Assembly: GCA_965204745.1 (NCBI GenBank)
Contig: OZ242010.1
Location: 2,016,001 to 2,080,000 of the forward strand
DNA: 64,000 nucleotides
DNA from: Candidatus Latescibacterota bacterium
Lineage (GTDB): Bacteria; Latescibacterota; UBA2968
Reading direction: 5' to 3'
Below, one piece after another: positions 9,681 to 19,592 of the stretch. Within the stretch, counting starts at the first letter, position 1. Every line of letters begins with the position of its first letter. The notes below the pieces were generated by a model. It searched no databases. It was given only the letters and a program-made list of their open reading frames with translations, and was not told the DNA's origin. A program made the position numbers and the translations under genes.

Positions 9681-10553
9681 CAACCTCGCCATCGTCTCCT
9701 CGATCCGTGCGCGTTGGGCAGTGCTGACGGGTCTGCCCGGGGGTCTTGGGTCTCCGCAGTCAATGCCCAAGCGCGCGCTCAACGCTGCTTTGATCAGGGA
9801 ATGAAAGCCACCGCCCGCGCCTGCGCTCAACGCCTCGTACGCATGCGTGGCTTTTTCCTGTGCGGCTTCTGCGGCCTGCAAATCGCCTGCGCGATACGCG
9901 GTCCAAATTGCCACCCACAATTCGGGCAACACAGTCAGGGGGCCATCCACGCATCCACACGCGCCGATGGTCAGGCCCGGTAGCATCAACCGATGGTTGC
10001 CGATAAAACACGCCAAGCCCATCCGTGCAAAGGTCCGCACATTGGCAAACGTCAGCGCGGAATGTTTTAATCCGGCCAGTTGCGGCACGCGATCCTGAAT
10101 TTTTGCCATCATGCCCGGCGTGATTTCCACACCGGTCGCGCCCGGCAAATTGTACACGAACAACGGCAAATCCGCCGCGCCGGCCACAACCCGATAGTGC
10201 TCGGCAATGTCGTCATCGTCGCGGCGATAGAAAAACGGCGGCACGCAACACAGCGCGTCTGCACCCGCACGGGCCGCGTGCTCGGCCAATCGCGCCGCGC
10301 GATCCGTTGTCGGCGCGCCCACATGCATGATGACCTTGGCCCGCCCCCGCGCTTGATCCACAATCGCAGAGGCGATCTGTTTGTTTTCCGCGTCGTCCAA
10401 CAACACGCTTTCGCCCGTGCCTCCGGCAACCCAAAATCCGTGGACACCGGCCTCGATGTTGAACGCGACAATTTTGCGAAATGCCGCTTCATTGAACCGT
10501 CCCGCTCGGTCCATCGGCGTTGCTATCGCAGGTACGACACCTTCAAAGCTCAT
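9666..10553 (-). CDS. Dihydrodipicolinate synthase / N-acetylneuraminate lyase family aldolase
   Basis: GGTGE, VYNLP, GLKHS Schiff-base lysine. Confidence 0.92.
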   Translation of the reverse strand: MSFEGVVPAIATPMDRAGRFNEAAFRKIVAFNIEAGVHGFWVAGGTGESVLLDDAENKQIASAIVDQARGRAKVIMHVGAPTTDRAARLAEHAARAGADALCCVPPFFYRRDDDDIAEHYRVVAGAADLPLFVYNLPGATGVEITPGMMAKIQDRVPQLAGLKHSALTFANVRTFARMGLACFIGNHRLMLPGLTIGACGCVDGPLTVLPELWVAIWTAYRAGDLQAAEAAQEKATHAYEALSAGAGGGFHSLIKAALSARLGIDCGDPRPPGRPVSTAQRARIEETMARLRRER

Positions 10554-10658
10554 GGTAATCTCCTCGTGTGATCCTCCTCCTCCTCACCCCGCTGCCCGTG
10601 CGTGCCTCTCCTCGCCCTGCCGCCCGTGTGCGTTTTCTCAGCTACGATTGCTTTTTGC

Positions 10659-11414
10659 CTATCCCAACGTGCGAATGTCCAGCCGTGTGACGCTCACGTG
10701 GCCTTCGCGCAGTGCCATGCCATCCGTGCCTTTGTGTTCATCCACTTCGGGCTGGTCGATGGCGTGGTGATACCCGTTTTCCGATGGCTTGAAACAAGAG
10801 GTGTAAAACGTGTGCCCGAGCGCGGTTGGGACGACCTGCCAGTTGGGGGCCAGTTCGCAGGGCAGGTTCACATTCCACGTTACCGGGGCGGACAGAAAAT
10901 CGTCTCGTGCGGTCAAAAACGCAAAAACGCGGTGCAACATGGCGCGACAATTTTTCAACAGCGCGTCCTGCACATCAGGGCGTAGGGCGCGGTGTGCAAT
11001 CCAGTGTTGAAACACAGGCCCGTGCAAAACCTGCGACAAGGCCACGCCCGGCACGCCTGCGATATTGGCTTCTAGCGCAGCGCCGATGGTGCCGGATGAG
11101 AGCGCGAATCCCAAACCCGCGTTGCTGCCCATGTTGATGCCCGAAATCACCAGATCGGGTTTGCTGTCGAACAAGTGGTAAATGCCGAAATTCGCGCAGT
11201 CTGCCGGCGTTCCCGAAAGCGCGTACGCCGCGCACGCAAAGCCGTCCAAAGGCTCCAGATGCAACGCGCCCAACCGCGTCATGGCCTTGCCCTTCCAACT
11301 CTGCTCTGTTGCCGGCACCACAGCCATCACCTGCGCCTTCGCCTGAAAATAAGCCATTGCAAAGTGAAACAAAGGCGAATCCAAACCGTCGTCATTGGTC
11401 AATAGAATTTTCAA
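10659..11414 (-). CDS. surE: 5'/3'-nucleotidase SurE
   Basis: LTNDDG, GTPADC, SGIN.GSN, SGTIGAA. Confidence 0.92.
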   Translation of the reverse strand: MKILLTNDDGLDSPLFHFAMAYFQAKAQVMAVVPATEQSWKGKAMTRLGALHLEPLDGFACAAYALSGTPADCANFGIYHLFDSKPDLVISGINMGSNAGLGFALSSGTIGAALEANIAGVPGVALSQVLHGPVFQHWIAHRALRPDVQDALLKNCRAMLHRVFAFLTARDDFLSAPVTWNVNLPCELAPNWQVVPTALGHTFYTSCFKPSENGYHHAIDQPEVDEHKGTDGMALREGHVSVTRLDIRTLG

Positions 11415-11474
11415 GTCGCGCTCCCTTCAATCGCAACCGCGGATGAACGCGGCCGGGCATTTCGTAACAGACAG

Positions 11475-14400
11475 TCAGTTTGACGACACGGCTTTCCCAA
11501 AATGATTGGCAAAGACCAGGAAATCGTTAAACCCTATCGCGCCATCGCCATCCAAATCAAACCGCGCATCATACCCTTCGTCATTCTGACTCAATCCAAA
11601 CTGCGCGACGAACAGCAGAAAATCGGGAAAACCAACCGCGCCATCGCCATCAAAGTCGGACATAAGGGGCGTGATATACGGCGACATATCCCACAGCAGA
11701 ACCGTGCCATCCCATGATCCGGATGCGAGCGTTGTGCCATCGGGCGAAAATGCAACAGAAACGACCAAATCGGTATGCCCCTCAAGCGTAGCGATCTCTG
11801 TTCGTGTCGCAAGGTCCCACAACTTGACTTTTTCCCAGGCACCCGAAGCGAGTGTCGTGCCATCGGGGGAAAATGCAACAGAATACGCTTCATTTCTATG
11901 CACAGCCCGAAGAAAGGCAATCTCCTTTCGCATTGCCACATCCCATAGCCTGACACCGTTGTCTGCCCCTGAAGCAAGCGTTGTCCCATCGGGCGAAAAT
12001 GCAATAGAAAACACCTGGCTTGTATGCCCTTCAAGAATAGCGATATTTGTCCGTGTTGATACATCCCATAATCTGACTGTCATATCCCATGATCCGGAAG
12101 CGAGCATTGTACCATCCGGGGAATACGCGACAGCGGTGGCTAGCTCCGTATGTCCTTCAAGGGTGGCGATACTTTCTCGTGTCGATACATTCCACAGCTT
12201 AATCGTCCCATCCGATGACGCTGACGCGAGGGTTGAACCATCGGGCGAAAACGCAACTGACCGGACCGACGACGCCCGCACCGTCGTGATATGTTGTCCT
12301 GTCTCAACATCCCACAGATAGAGATCCCCTGAGTTTACTAAAACGAGTGTCGCCCCATCAGGTGAGAATACGCCTGAGAATACGCCTGAGAATACGGCAT
12401 ACTCCCCACCCTTGAGTATGGGGATGTTTTGTCCTGTTGCCACATCCCAAAGTCTGTCTCCCGCAAAGAGGGTTGAACCATCGGGCGAAAACGCAATTCC
12501 ATCAATGTAACGACTTCCCAAGCGAGCGAGTGCGCCGTCGGGTAAATGCCATGTCCGGCCTCCCAAGGCATTAAAAGTCGCCTCAAGTTCAACCTCAACA
12601 GCATTTACTCCAGGCTGTAGCGTTAGCGTGCTTAGCACCCTGCCAGTCGCCACAAGTTCAGCAACAGATACCTCAACAGCATTTATTCCCGGCTGTCTTC
12701 CAAGCGTCAGCAGGCTTTGCGCCCTGCCATTGGCATCGGTTGTTGCGTTCTCAACTGTGAGCGTTCCATCGCCTTCGGTGACAGTAAATTTAACTTGAGC
12801 ACCTTGTAAGGGATTGCCGTATTGATCTTTCACTTCAATAACATAAGGGTCCGGCAATGTTTCACCCGGTGCCCCTTCCTGTTCATCCCCTGAGATTTTC
12901 ACCAGCACTTGAGGACGCGGTTGTATCAATTTAGGTATATCCCACAGCAGAACCACTCCATCCAAGCCTCCAGAAGCGAGGGTTGAACCATCAGGCGAAA
13001 ACGCAACAGAAGAGACCCCCCAATGCCCTTCAAGTGTAGCAATATTTGTTCGCGTTGCAATATCCCACAACTTGACCGTGCCCGCCCCGGAGGCGAGGGT
13101 TGAACCATCAGGCGAAAACGCAACAGAGGAGACCTCCCCTCTATGCCCTTCAAGTGTAGCGATATTTGTTTCCGTTGCCATATCCCACAACTTGACCGTG
13201 CTATCCCAAGACCCTGACGCGAGGGTTGAACCATCTGGCGAAAACGCAACTGATTTGACCCAAAACGTATGTCCCCTAAGAGTGGCGATATTTGTTCGCG
13301 TTGCCATATCCCACAGCTTGACCGTTCCATCATCTGATCCGGAGGCGAGGATTGAACCATCTGGCGAAAACGCAACTGAAGAGACCCAAAACGTATGTCC
13401 CCTAAGATTGGCGATATTTGTCCGCGTTGCAATATCCCACAACTTGATCGTTTCATAATCTGAGAAGGCGAGGATTGAACCATCTGGCGAAAACACAACT
13501 GATTGGGCCTCCATCTCATGCTTAAACATAGCGATTTTTGCTCGCGTTGCCACATTCCACAGCTCGACCGTAAAATAATTATTTCTTGCCGAGGCGAGGG
13601 TTGCACCATCGGGTGAAAACGCAACCACCAGTCCTTTACCTTTAATCGTGACGGTGTCGGTCTCTGTTCGCGTTGCAATATCCCACAAATTGATCGATTT
13701 ATTAGGTTGTGTTGACATTTCATTTTTTGACGTTACGCACAGAGTAGCAACTGTGTTGCTTCTTGCTCATTTAATGCGTTTGGTCCTTTGATGGCTTAGG
13801 TTGCTCTGATGGCGTTGCGCGAGGGGACCTATCCCCCGGCCCCTTTCCTACGAGGAAAGGGGAGTAAAGTCCCTTTGATGGCTTCTCGCTATGGTTGCTC
13901 TGAGGGCATAAAGCGATTAAATATCTCTCATCAATACCCTCGCAAAACCGCTCACCGTTCCCCCCTTCCTCGCAGGAAGGGGGGTTAGGGGGGTAGGTCC
14001 CGATAAGGAGCGACTGTTTCAGTTTCTCAAACCTTCTGCGATAGGGCTTGATTTTCTCGATAAACCGATCAAGCCAGTTGCTTTGCTCGTAAATGTCAAC
14101 AGAACCTAGCTCCGGAGGCGAGGGTTGCGCCATCGGGTGAAAACGCAACTGATTCGACGTCACCTAAATCCCCCTGAAAATCGGCAATAATACCTAGCGC
14201 AACATCCTTCAGCCTAAATTCTTTCAGGACACTATTCCCGCGAGTATCTACTGCCATGACGAAAATTCGATGCCAAAGCGCATCGGAAAGACCGATGCCT
14301 CCTGCGCCATCATAATCGAATTGAACAGTGGCAGTTTTTTCTCCATTCAATCCCTGACACGCCCTTAATCCCCTCCTGCCGTATGGACTGTCGTATAGAA

Positions 14401-15301
14401 GTACTTGATGGAGTCCGGCCGGATAGAGTCTGTCCAGATCGCTGATTTTGAGTTGGATAGAGATGTTCTTTGAACCTGTCGGGTATAAATGTGATGATAT
14501 GGGTTTGATTGTTGGTGGCTGTGCATCTTCAATTGGTACGGGCTTGAAATAGGGATGAACGGACAAAAATTTAGCAGCACACGCAGATAGCGAGTTTCGT
14601 TGCGCCCCATACGACATGATATACGCCCCATCCCGCCAATCGTGTTCCAAGCCAAAGGCATGTCCAAGTTCATGGGCGGCGGTTGTCCAGTGAAATCCGC
14701 CAGGAACGAACACACTGCCCTGATTTTTTCGTCTCCAGATTTCCGATCCAAATCTAGTCCTACCGACTAGGGCTGTTCTTCCTAGTGCAGTCCCGATTCT
14801 GTCTGTACTATTATCAACAACGATAAAGTAAATGTTCTGATAGAAATCAAACGCCTGCTCAGCTTCCCCAACCGTACCGCTAAGATAGTGGCTATCGGGG
14901 TGTTGCCCATCCACTCGGTGAACCAAGGGTTCGCCTTGGGCATCGGTTTCAAAGCGGAAGGTCATGTCCCCATGTCCATGCGCTCGCATCTGATCGCGGT
15001 AAAAAGTCTGAATGTTGCGAATCTCATCTTTCATTTTCTGAACGATCTCGGCGCGATACGGCCGGTCATTGGGCAAAAAGTAGATCATCCGCACAGTGCG
15101 CGGTTCACCCACGTTCCGATTCAACGCATGCTTGCTTGCGGCATAGAGGCTATCGCGTGCTCGCATGGCTTCCAAGGTGAGGGGCAAACAGAAATGCACC
15201 TCTTGCTCTGCGAGTGGCGGAGACGCCTGCGCGATAGACGCGAAGCAGAGCAACGCAAAAACGCACGCGGTCAATTTGGCTGGGATGGCGAAAGGGGTCA
15301 T
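11475..15301 (-). pseudogene. Secreted metzincin-WD40-Ig(Big_1)-WD40-dockerin/EF-hand-like protein (1140 aa reconstructed) split by a MITE
   Basis: Signal peptide, HELGHAFGLEH + Met-turn, many AFSPDG..LWD repeats, DFDGDGAVGF twin motif. Removing the MITE and one TA restores the frame (..ASGA-NKSINLWD). Confidence 0.9.
13705..14106. mobile_element. IS5-derived composite MITE, copy 1
   Basis: TIRs GGTTGTGTTGACATTT / AAATGTCAACAGAACC, TA duplication, near-identical to copies 2 and 3. Confidence 0.93.
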
Positions 15302-15426
15302 GGTTGTGCTCCTTGTTGCTATGTGGCTATGCCTGTGGTGCATGCGAAATGACGTTTGCGCTTCTTGATGCGATGTAGGCTATGCCCGTAATGCGTTCTG
15401 CCACTGCCATGCCATCGCCGAGGCGA

Positions 15427-15452
15427 GGACAGGCACGGGGGCCTGTCCCTAC
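15427..15452 (-). repeat. GTAG-type REP
   Basis: ggacaggcacgggggcctgtccctac. Confidence 0.75.
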
Positions 15453-15575
15453 GGGTGATTGCTGACCGATTGGGGACTGAGGGCTGTGTGGACTGACTAC
15501 TGACCACTTGGAGCAACGCAGATGGGTGGCCGGGTTTCAATCCGCGCAATCCCCGAATCCGCGCAAATCCGCGAA

Positions 15576-17051
15576 TCAGACGCGCTCTTCAAAAGGATAC
15601 ATGGGCCTGCGCCGAAATTGGTAGTCGAAATTTCGCATATCCGCTACGGTCGCGCCGGGGGTATCCACGCGGATCAGCGTGGTGCAGACGGGTTGGTACG
15701 CCGCGACCGGGGCGTGGACGCCTTTGGCGACGATCACCTGAAACGCCGAGGGGGTGAGGCCGCAACTCGTCATCAACCCCAAGCTCACGGGCACGGTGCG
15801 CCGCGATGTCAAGCTGATCGCGAGTTGGGTATCCGTCTCCACAATGGCCGTGGCGCCCATGTCAAAAGCGGTTCGCCCGCCGTGCCGCACTTCGGTCTCT
15901 CTGAATTTTCCATCGTGCAGGCTCCGCACGCACACTTCGGCCTCTAAGGGCGCGCCGTGCAACTCGTCCGTCTTGCCGCCGATACGCAACGCAAGGCGAT
16001 TGCCGACTCCTGCGTCTCGGGCGCGCTGTTGCGATTCCGGATCGAAAATGCACACAAAGCTCGGCGCGGTCCCTCGCCTGTGCAATTCGCGCACGATAGC
16101 CGTGCCGTCGCCCGCTGAGCCGCCGCCCACATTGTCGCCCATGTCGAGCAGACAAACCGGACCTTGTTGCGCCATCGCCTGATCGACCGCGTCGGGAATC
16201 GCGATGTATTCGCCCACAAATTCTGCGCGATGGACGTACAAATAATCCGCCAGCCGATTTGCCAGCACTTGCGCGCGGTCTGGATCACCATCTGTCACCA
16301 CCACAAATGCCGCTCCCATTTCTTCGACATCGGCATAAGGGAACCCGAGCAAGATGCTGTTCGACAACACCCCCGGTTCTCGCAACATCTCATCTGCCAA
16401 TTCGTACATCGGCAAACACGGCGGTGCAGAGGTCAGTTGCCGCTCGATATTGATGCCAATGGAGGGAAACGCGCCGGCCTGCGTGGGTTTGACTCCGCCT
16501 CTCAACGTGCGTGCCATCAGGGTTGCGGCTTCCAACCCGCGCTGTTTTTGATCCAGATGGGGATTCGACCGATAGGCTATCGTGGCATCGCACGCGGCAA
16601 CCATGCGCGGGGACAAATTGGCGTGGGGATCCAGGGTGCAGATCATCGGCTTTTGCGGCCCGACCCGTGCGCGCAACCGCGACAGCCAATACCCATCCAA
16701 ATCCCGGTACGCGTCGCCCTCGCCCGCATTTGCCCCGTGCGGCGCGACCAGGTAGCCATCCACTTCGCCAACCGCTACCACTCGGTCAAACATCTGCGCC
16801 ATCAATGCGTCACAAGCCGCTTTGGCAATGCGCCCAGATGGCGTTGTGCCCGCATGAAAAATCGGCAGCGCGTCAATGCCTGCTGCCGTCAAGCCCTCCA
16901 AAAAGCCACTGACTTCGTGGTGCCTGCCCGAGTAGTGATCGTACATCGCCTGCCCGGTCAAAATCCCGTCTCGCTGAAAAGCGTCTAAAGTCGTCGGTGC
17001 GTTGATAAACGTGTTCGACTCGTGCAACAGAGAAATAACGCCCACGCGCAT
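15576..17051 (-). CDS. M81 family metallopeptidase (MlrC-like)
   Basis: HESNTF, HGA, DPHAN, NPHLD, DNVGGG, VAK motifs. Confidence 0.92.
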   Translation of the reverse strand: MRVGVISLLHESNTFINAPTTLDAFQRDGILTGQAMYDHYSGRHHEVSGFLEGLTAAGIDALPIFHAGTTPSGRIAKAACDALMAQMFDRVVAVGEVDGYLVAPHGANAGEGDAYRDLDGYWLSRLRARVGPQKPMICTLDPHANLSPRMVAACDATIAYRSNPHLDQKQRGLEAATLMARTLRGGVKPTQAGAFPSIGINIERQLTSAPPCLPMYELADEMLREPGVLSNSILLGFPYADVEEMGAAFVVVTDGDPDRAQVLANRLADYLYVHRAEFVGEYIAIPDAVDQAMAQQGPVCLLDMGDNVGGGSAGDGTAIVRELHRRGTAPSFVCIFDPESQQRARDAGVGNRLALRIGGKTDELHGAPLEAEVCVRSLHDGKFRETEVRHGGRTAFDMGATAIVETDTQLAISLTSRRTVPVSLGLMTSCGLTPSAFQVIVAKGVHAPVAAYQPVCTTLIRVDTPGATVADMRNFDYQFRRRPMYPFEERV

Positions 17052-17167
17052 GGGGACTCCTTAGAGAAATGAGGAGAGAATGTAGGGGCGATGCCCGTCC
17101 GTGAGTAGTCAGTTGTCAGTAGTCAGTCCCCGCCCAACCGCCCAAAGTCGTTCTATCGAGATGTTTA

Positions 17168-17586
17168 GGTTGTGTTGACATTTACGAGTCATGTAACTGG
17201 ATTGAGCGGTTTATCGAGAAAATCAAGCCCTATCGCAGAATATGCTCTCGGTTTGAGAAACTTGGAACAGTCGCTACTTTTCGGGACCTACCCCCTAACC
17301 CCCTTCCTGCGAGGAAGGGGGAACAGTGAGCGGTTTTGCGAGGGGATGGTGTGAGGGATTTTAATCGTTTTATGCCCTCGGTCAACGCCATCAGAGCAAC
17401 CAGAGCGAGAAGCCATCAAAGGAGCTTTACTCCCCTTTCCTCGTAGGAAAGGGGCCGGGGGATAGGTCCCCTCGCGCAACGCCATCAGAGCAACCTAAGC
17501 CATCAAAGGACCAAACGCCTTAAATCAGCAAGCAACACATTTGCTACTCTGTGCGTAACGTCAAAAAATGAAATGTCAACACGACC
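17168..17586. mobile_element. IS5-derived composite MITE, copy 2 (inverted relative to copy 1)
   Basis: Same TIRs and TA duplication; inserted in the stop codon of the Rieske gene. Confidence 0.93.
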
Positions 17587-18026
17587 TATATTTCTACGAT
17601 GAGATACGTTTGCTCCACTGTGACTGGATATGTCTCTGCTACATAAGGGCCTTTTGCCAACCCGGCCATGGCTTCCGCGCCTTTGATTTCTGTGCCGGGG
17701 GTGATTTCTACGTCATAGCTCCGCACGCGCACGCTGGCGGGATCGACCCAGGACTGCCCGGTTTTGATATCGTATTCCCAGCCGTGCCACGGGCAACGCA
17801 AAATTTCGCCCTTGCGCGTGTACTCGTATTCCCCAGGCACGCTTGCGGTGACAAAGCCCGATACCCGGCCCTTGCACAGCGCGCCGCCTTGATGCGGGCA
17901 GCGGTTGCGAAGCGCGTAAAATTCGCCGCGAATATTAAATATGCCGATTTCGCGCCCCGCGACCGTCACCAATTTCCGCGCCCCCGGCGGGATTTCGTCA
18001 ACTGTTCCGATAATGTGTTTTGCCAT
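17586..18026 (-). CDS. Rieske [2Fe-2S] ferredoxin
   Basis: CPHQG and CPWHGW. Confidence 0.95.
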   Translation of the reverse strand: MAKHIIGTVDEIPPGARKLVTVAGREIGIFNIRGEFYALRNRCPHQGGALCKGRVSGFVTASVPGEYEYTRKGEILRCPWHGWEYDIKTGQSWVDPASVRVRSYDVEITPGTEIKGAEAMAGLAKGPYVAETYPVTVEQTYLIVEI

Positions 18027-18145
18027 ATCGAGTTACGCTCAATATACGCCGCGAGGAGTCGCTCTCTTGCAGCGCGTGACCAATCGCACTCCTCGTCGTC
18101 CATATCTGGAATCGCGATCACAATGTCATGACCCGGTTTGTGCGG

Positions 18146-19231
18146 TCACGCCAGATTGTACAATGCCCGTGCGTTTTCGGCCAGGATATTGCGGCGGACG
18201 CCCTTGTCCATGCCGGAGGGCAGGGCCACGTCGGGCGCGTCAAAATCCCAGTGGGGATAATCCGTGGCAAACAGCAACCGGTCGTTCATGTCGAGGTGAT
18301 CCATCATCTCGAAAAAGTAGTCGCGCACAGGGGGTTCTTCCATCGGTTGCGTGCTGATCCAGAAATGATCGCGGATATAGTCCGACGGCAGGCGTTTCAG
18401 TTGCGGCAACTCCACCCTCAACTGCCGGTAACAGCGATCCAGCCGCCACATCAACGCGGGCATCCACGCAAACCCGCCTTCGATCAACACCACCTTCAAC
18501 TCCGGAAAGTGCTCGAACACGCCTTCATACACCAAACTCGTCACCTGCGCCTGAAAGGCCGTGGGCATGCCCCCGTGGTCTTCGATGTAGTGCGACGGCT
18601 TGCCCGCGCCGGTGATCGGCCCTGCGCCCGTGCCGCCAAAGTGAATCGCAATGGGCAATCCCTTTCGCACCGCCGCCTCGTACATCTTCCAGTACTTGCG
18701 CCTGCCCAGGGGTTCCAGCGTACGCACGATGAGCAACACCTGCACAAAGCCGGGGTGATCGCCCACGCGGTCAATTTCTGCGGCGGTCAAATCCCCGTCT
18801 TCGTAGGGCACGATAATGGACCCGCGCAACCGAGGCTCGCGCCTGAGCCACGCGTCGGCTTGCCAATCGTTCACGGCGCGTCCCATCGCCGCGGCATAAG
18901 CCAAATTCTGTTGCCCGCCCACGCCGATCAAAGGCGTCAGGATGCCGTAATCCATGTCCCACTCGTCCAACAATTGTGCGCGCAAAAACGCCAAATCAGA
19001 CCCAGGCGGCCCGGATGGGGGCCAGGCGTCGTGGCGCGCGGCATTGGGCACGGCGCGCGGATACGCGGATCCCATTCGCCCATGCCCGCCAATGGTTCGG
19101 TGATACTCGTGCCATGTATTCGGCAGATATCGAAACCACACATCACCCGATTTCATGGTGACGTGAATATCGCAATCGATCACCGCGGTTCTCCGCCGCG
19201 TCTCGACTTCGGCCATCAGTGTCGCTGCCAT
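18146..19231 (-). CDS. Amidohydrolase_2 family protein
   Basis: IDCDIH, IAIH, FATDYPHWD. Confidence 0.92.
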   Translation of the reverse strand: MAATLMAEVETRRRTAVIDCDIHVTMKSGDVWFRYLPNTWHEYHRTIGGHGRMGSAYPRAVPNAARHDAWPPSGPPGSDLAFLRAQLLDEWDMDYGILTPLIGVGGQQNLAYAAAMGRAVNDWQADAWLRREPRLRGSIIVPYEDGDLTAAEIDRVGDHPGFVQVLLIVRTLEPLGRRKYWKMYEAAVRKGLPIAIHFGGTGAGPITGAGKPSHYIEDHGGMPTAFQAQVTSLVYEGVFEHFPELKVVLIEGGFAWMPALMWRLDRCYRQLRVELPQLKRLPSDYIRDHFWISTQPMEEPPVRDYFFEMMDHLDMNDRLLFATDYPHWDFDAPDVALPSGMDKGVRRNILAENARALYNLA

Positions 19232-19318
19232 GTCGCACCTCCTCGAAATTCACTGCGCGGTTCAATCACAATCGCACAAAAGTATAACGCAACACCGTTC
19301 AAAACGCAACCCCAAGCA

Positions 19319-19347
19319 TTGACAAGCATGCGTTTTTAATATAATCT
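19319..19347 (+). promoter_or_regulatory. Sigma70-like promoter upstream of methyltransferase operon
   Basis: TTGACA at 19319; TATAAT at 19340 (15-nt spacer) or TAATCT at 19342 (17-nt spacer). Confidence 0.55.
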
Positions 19348-19349
19348 GA

Positions 19350-19592
19350 GGCACGCTGTTCGATACGGATTCGCTGCGGCGCGCCATCGAAGACATTTAC
19401 CGCTATCCCCTGCGTCAAACAGCGGTGGATACGCTGAACCGCCAGTTGCACAGCAGCATCTCTGACGAGGCCCTCGCGCAGTTGGTCATCGCGCTCAGAG
19501 ACGACGACCGGCTTTGCATCAGGCACAAAGAAGACGAACGCCAAGAGTCGCGCATTATCTGCTCTCTGGGCTTGAACGGGGATTCATCATGA
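19350..19592 (+). pseudogene. C-terminal stump of an RM-associated helicase gene
   Basis: Start-less 80-codon frame GTLFDTDSLRRAIEDIYRYPLRQTAVDTLNRQL..RLCI..RIICSLGL, ATGA-coupled to the MTase; I recognise it as the tail of the PLD-helicase that usually precedes this MTase family. Confidence 0.7.

Noticed and set aside
12960-13500. Near-identical ~125 bp repeats as a DGR template/variable pair
   Set aside because: They are coding WD40 units; no reverse transcriptase in the window and no evident adenine-specific differences.
13771-14163. ORFs inside MITEs (also 17288-17485, 32850-33041, 7062-7295)
   Set aside because: Translations of repeat DNA; similarity between them reflects the repeat, not a protein family.
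15530-15580. tRNA-like GTTTCAATCC
   Set aside because: Part of an AATCCGCG short repeat; no cloverleaf.
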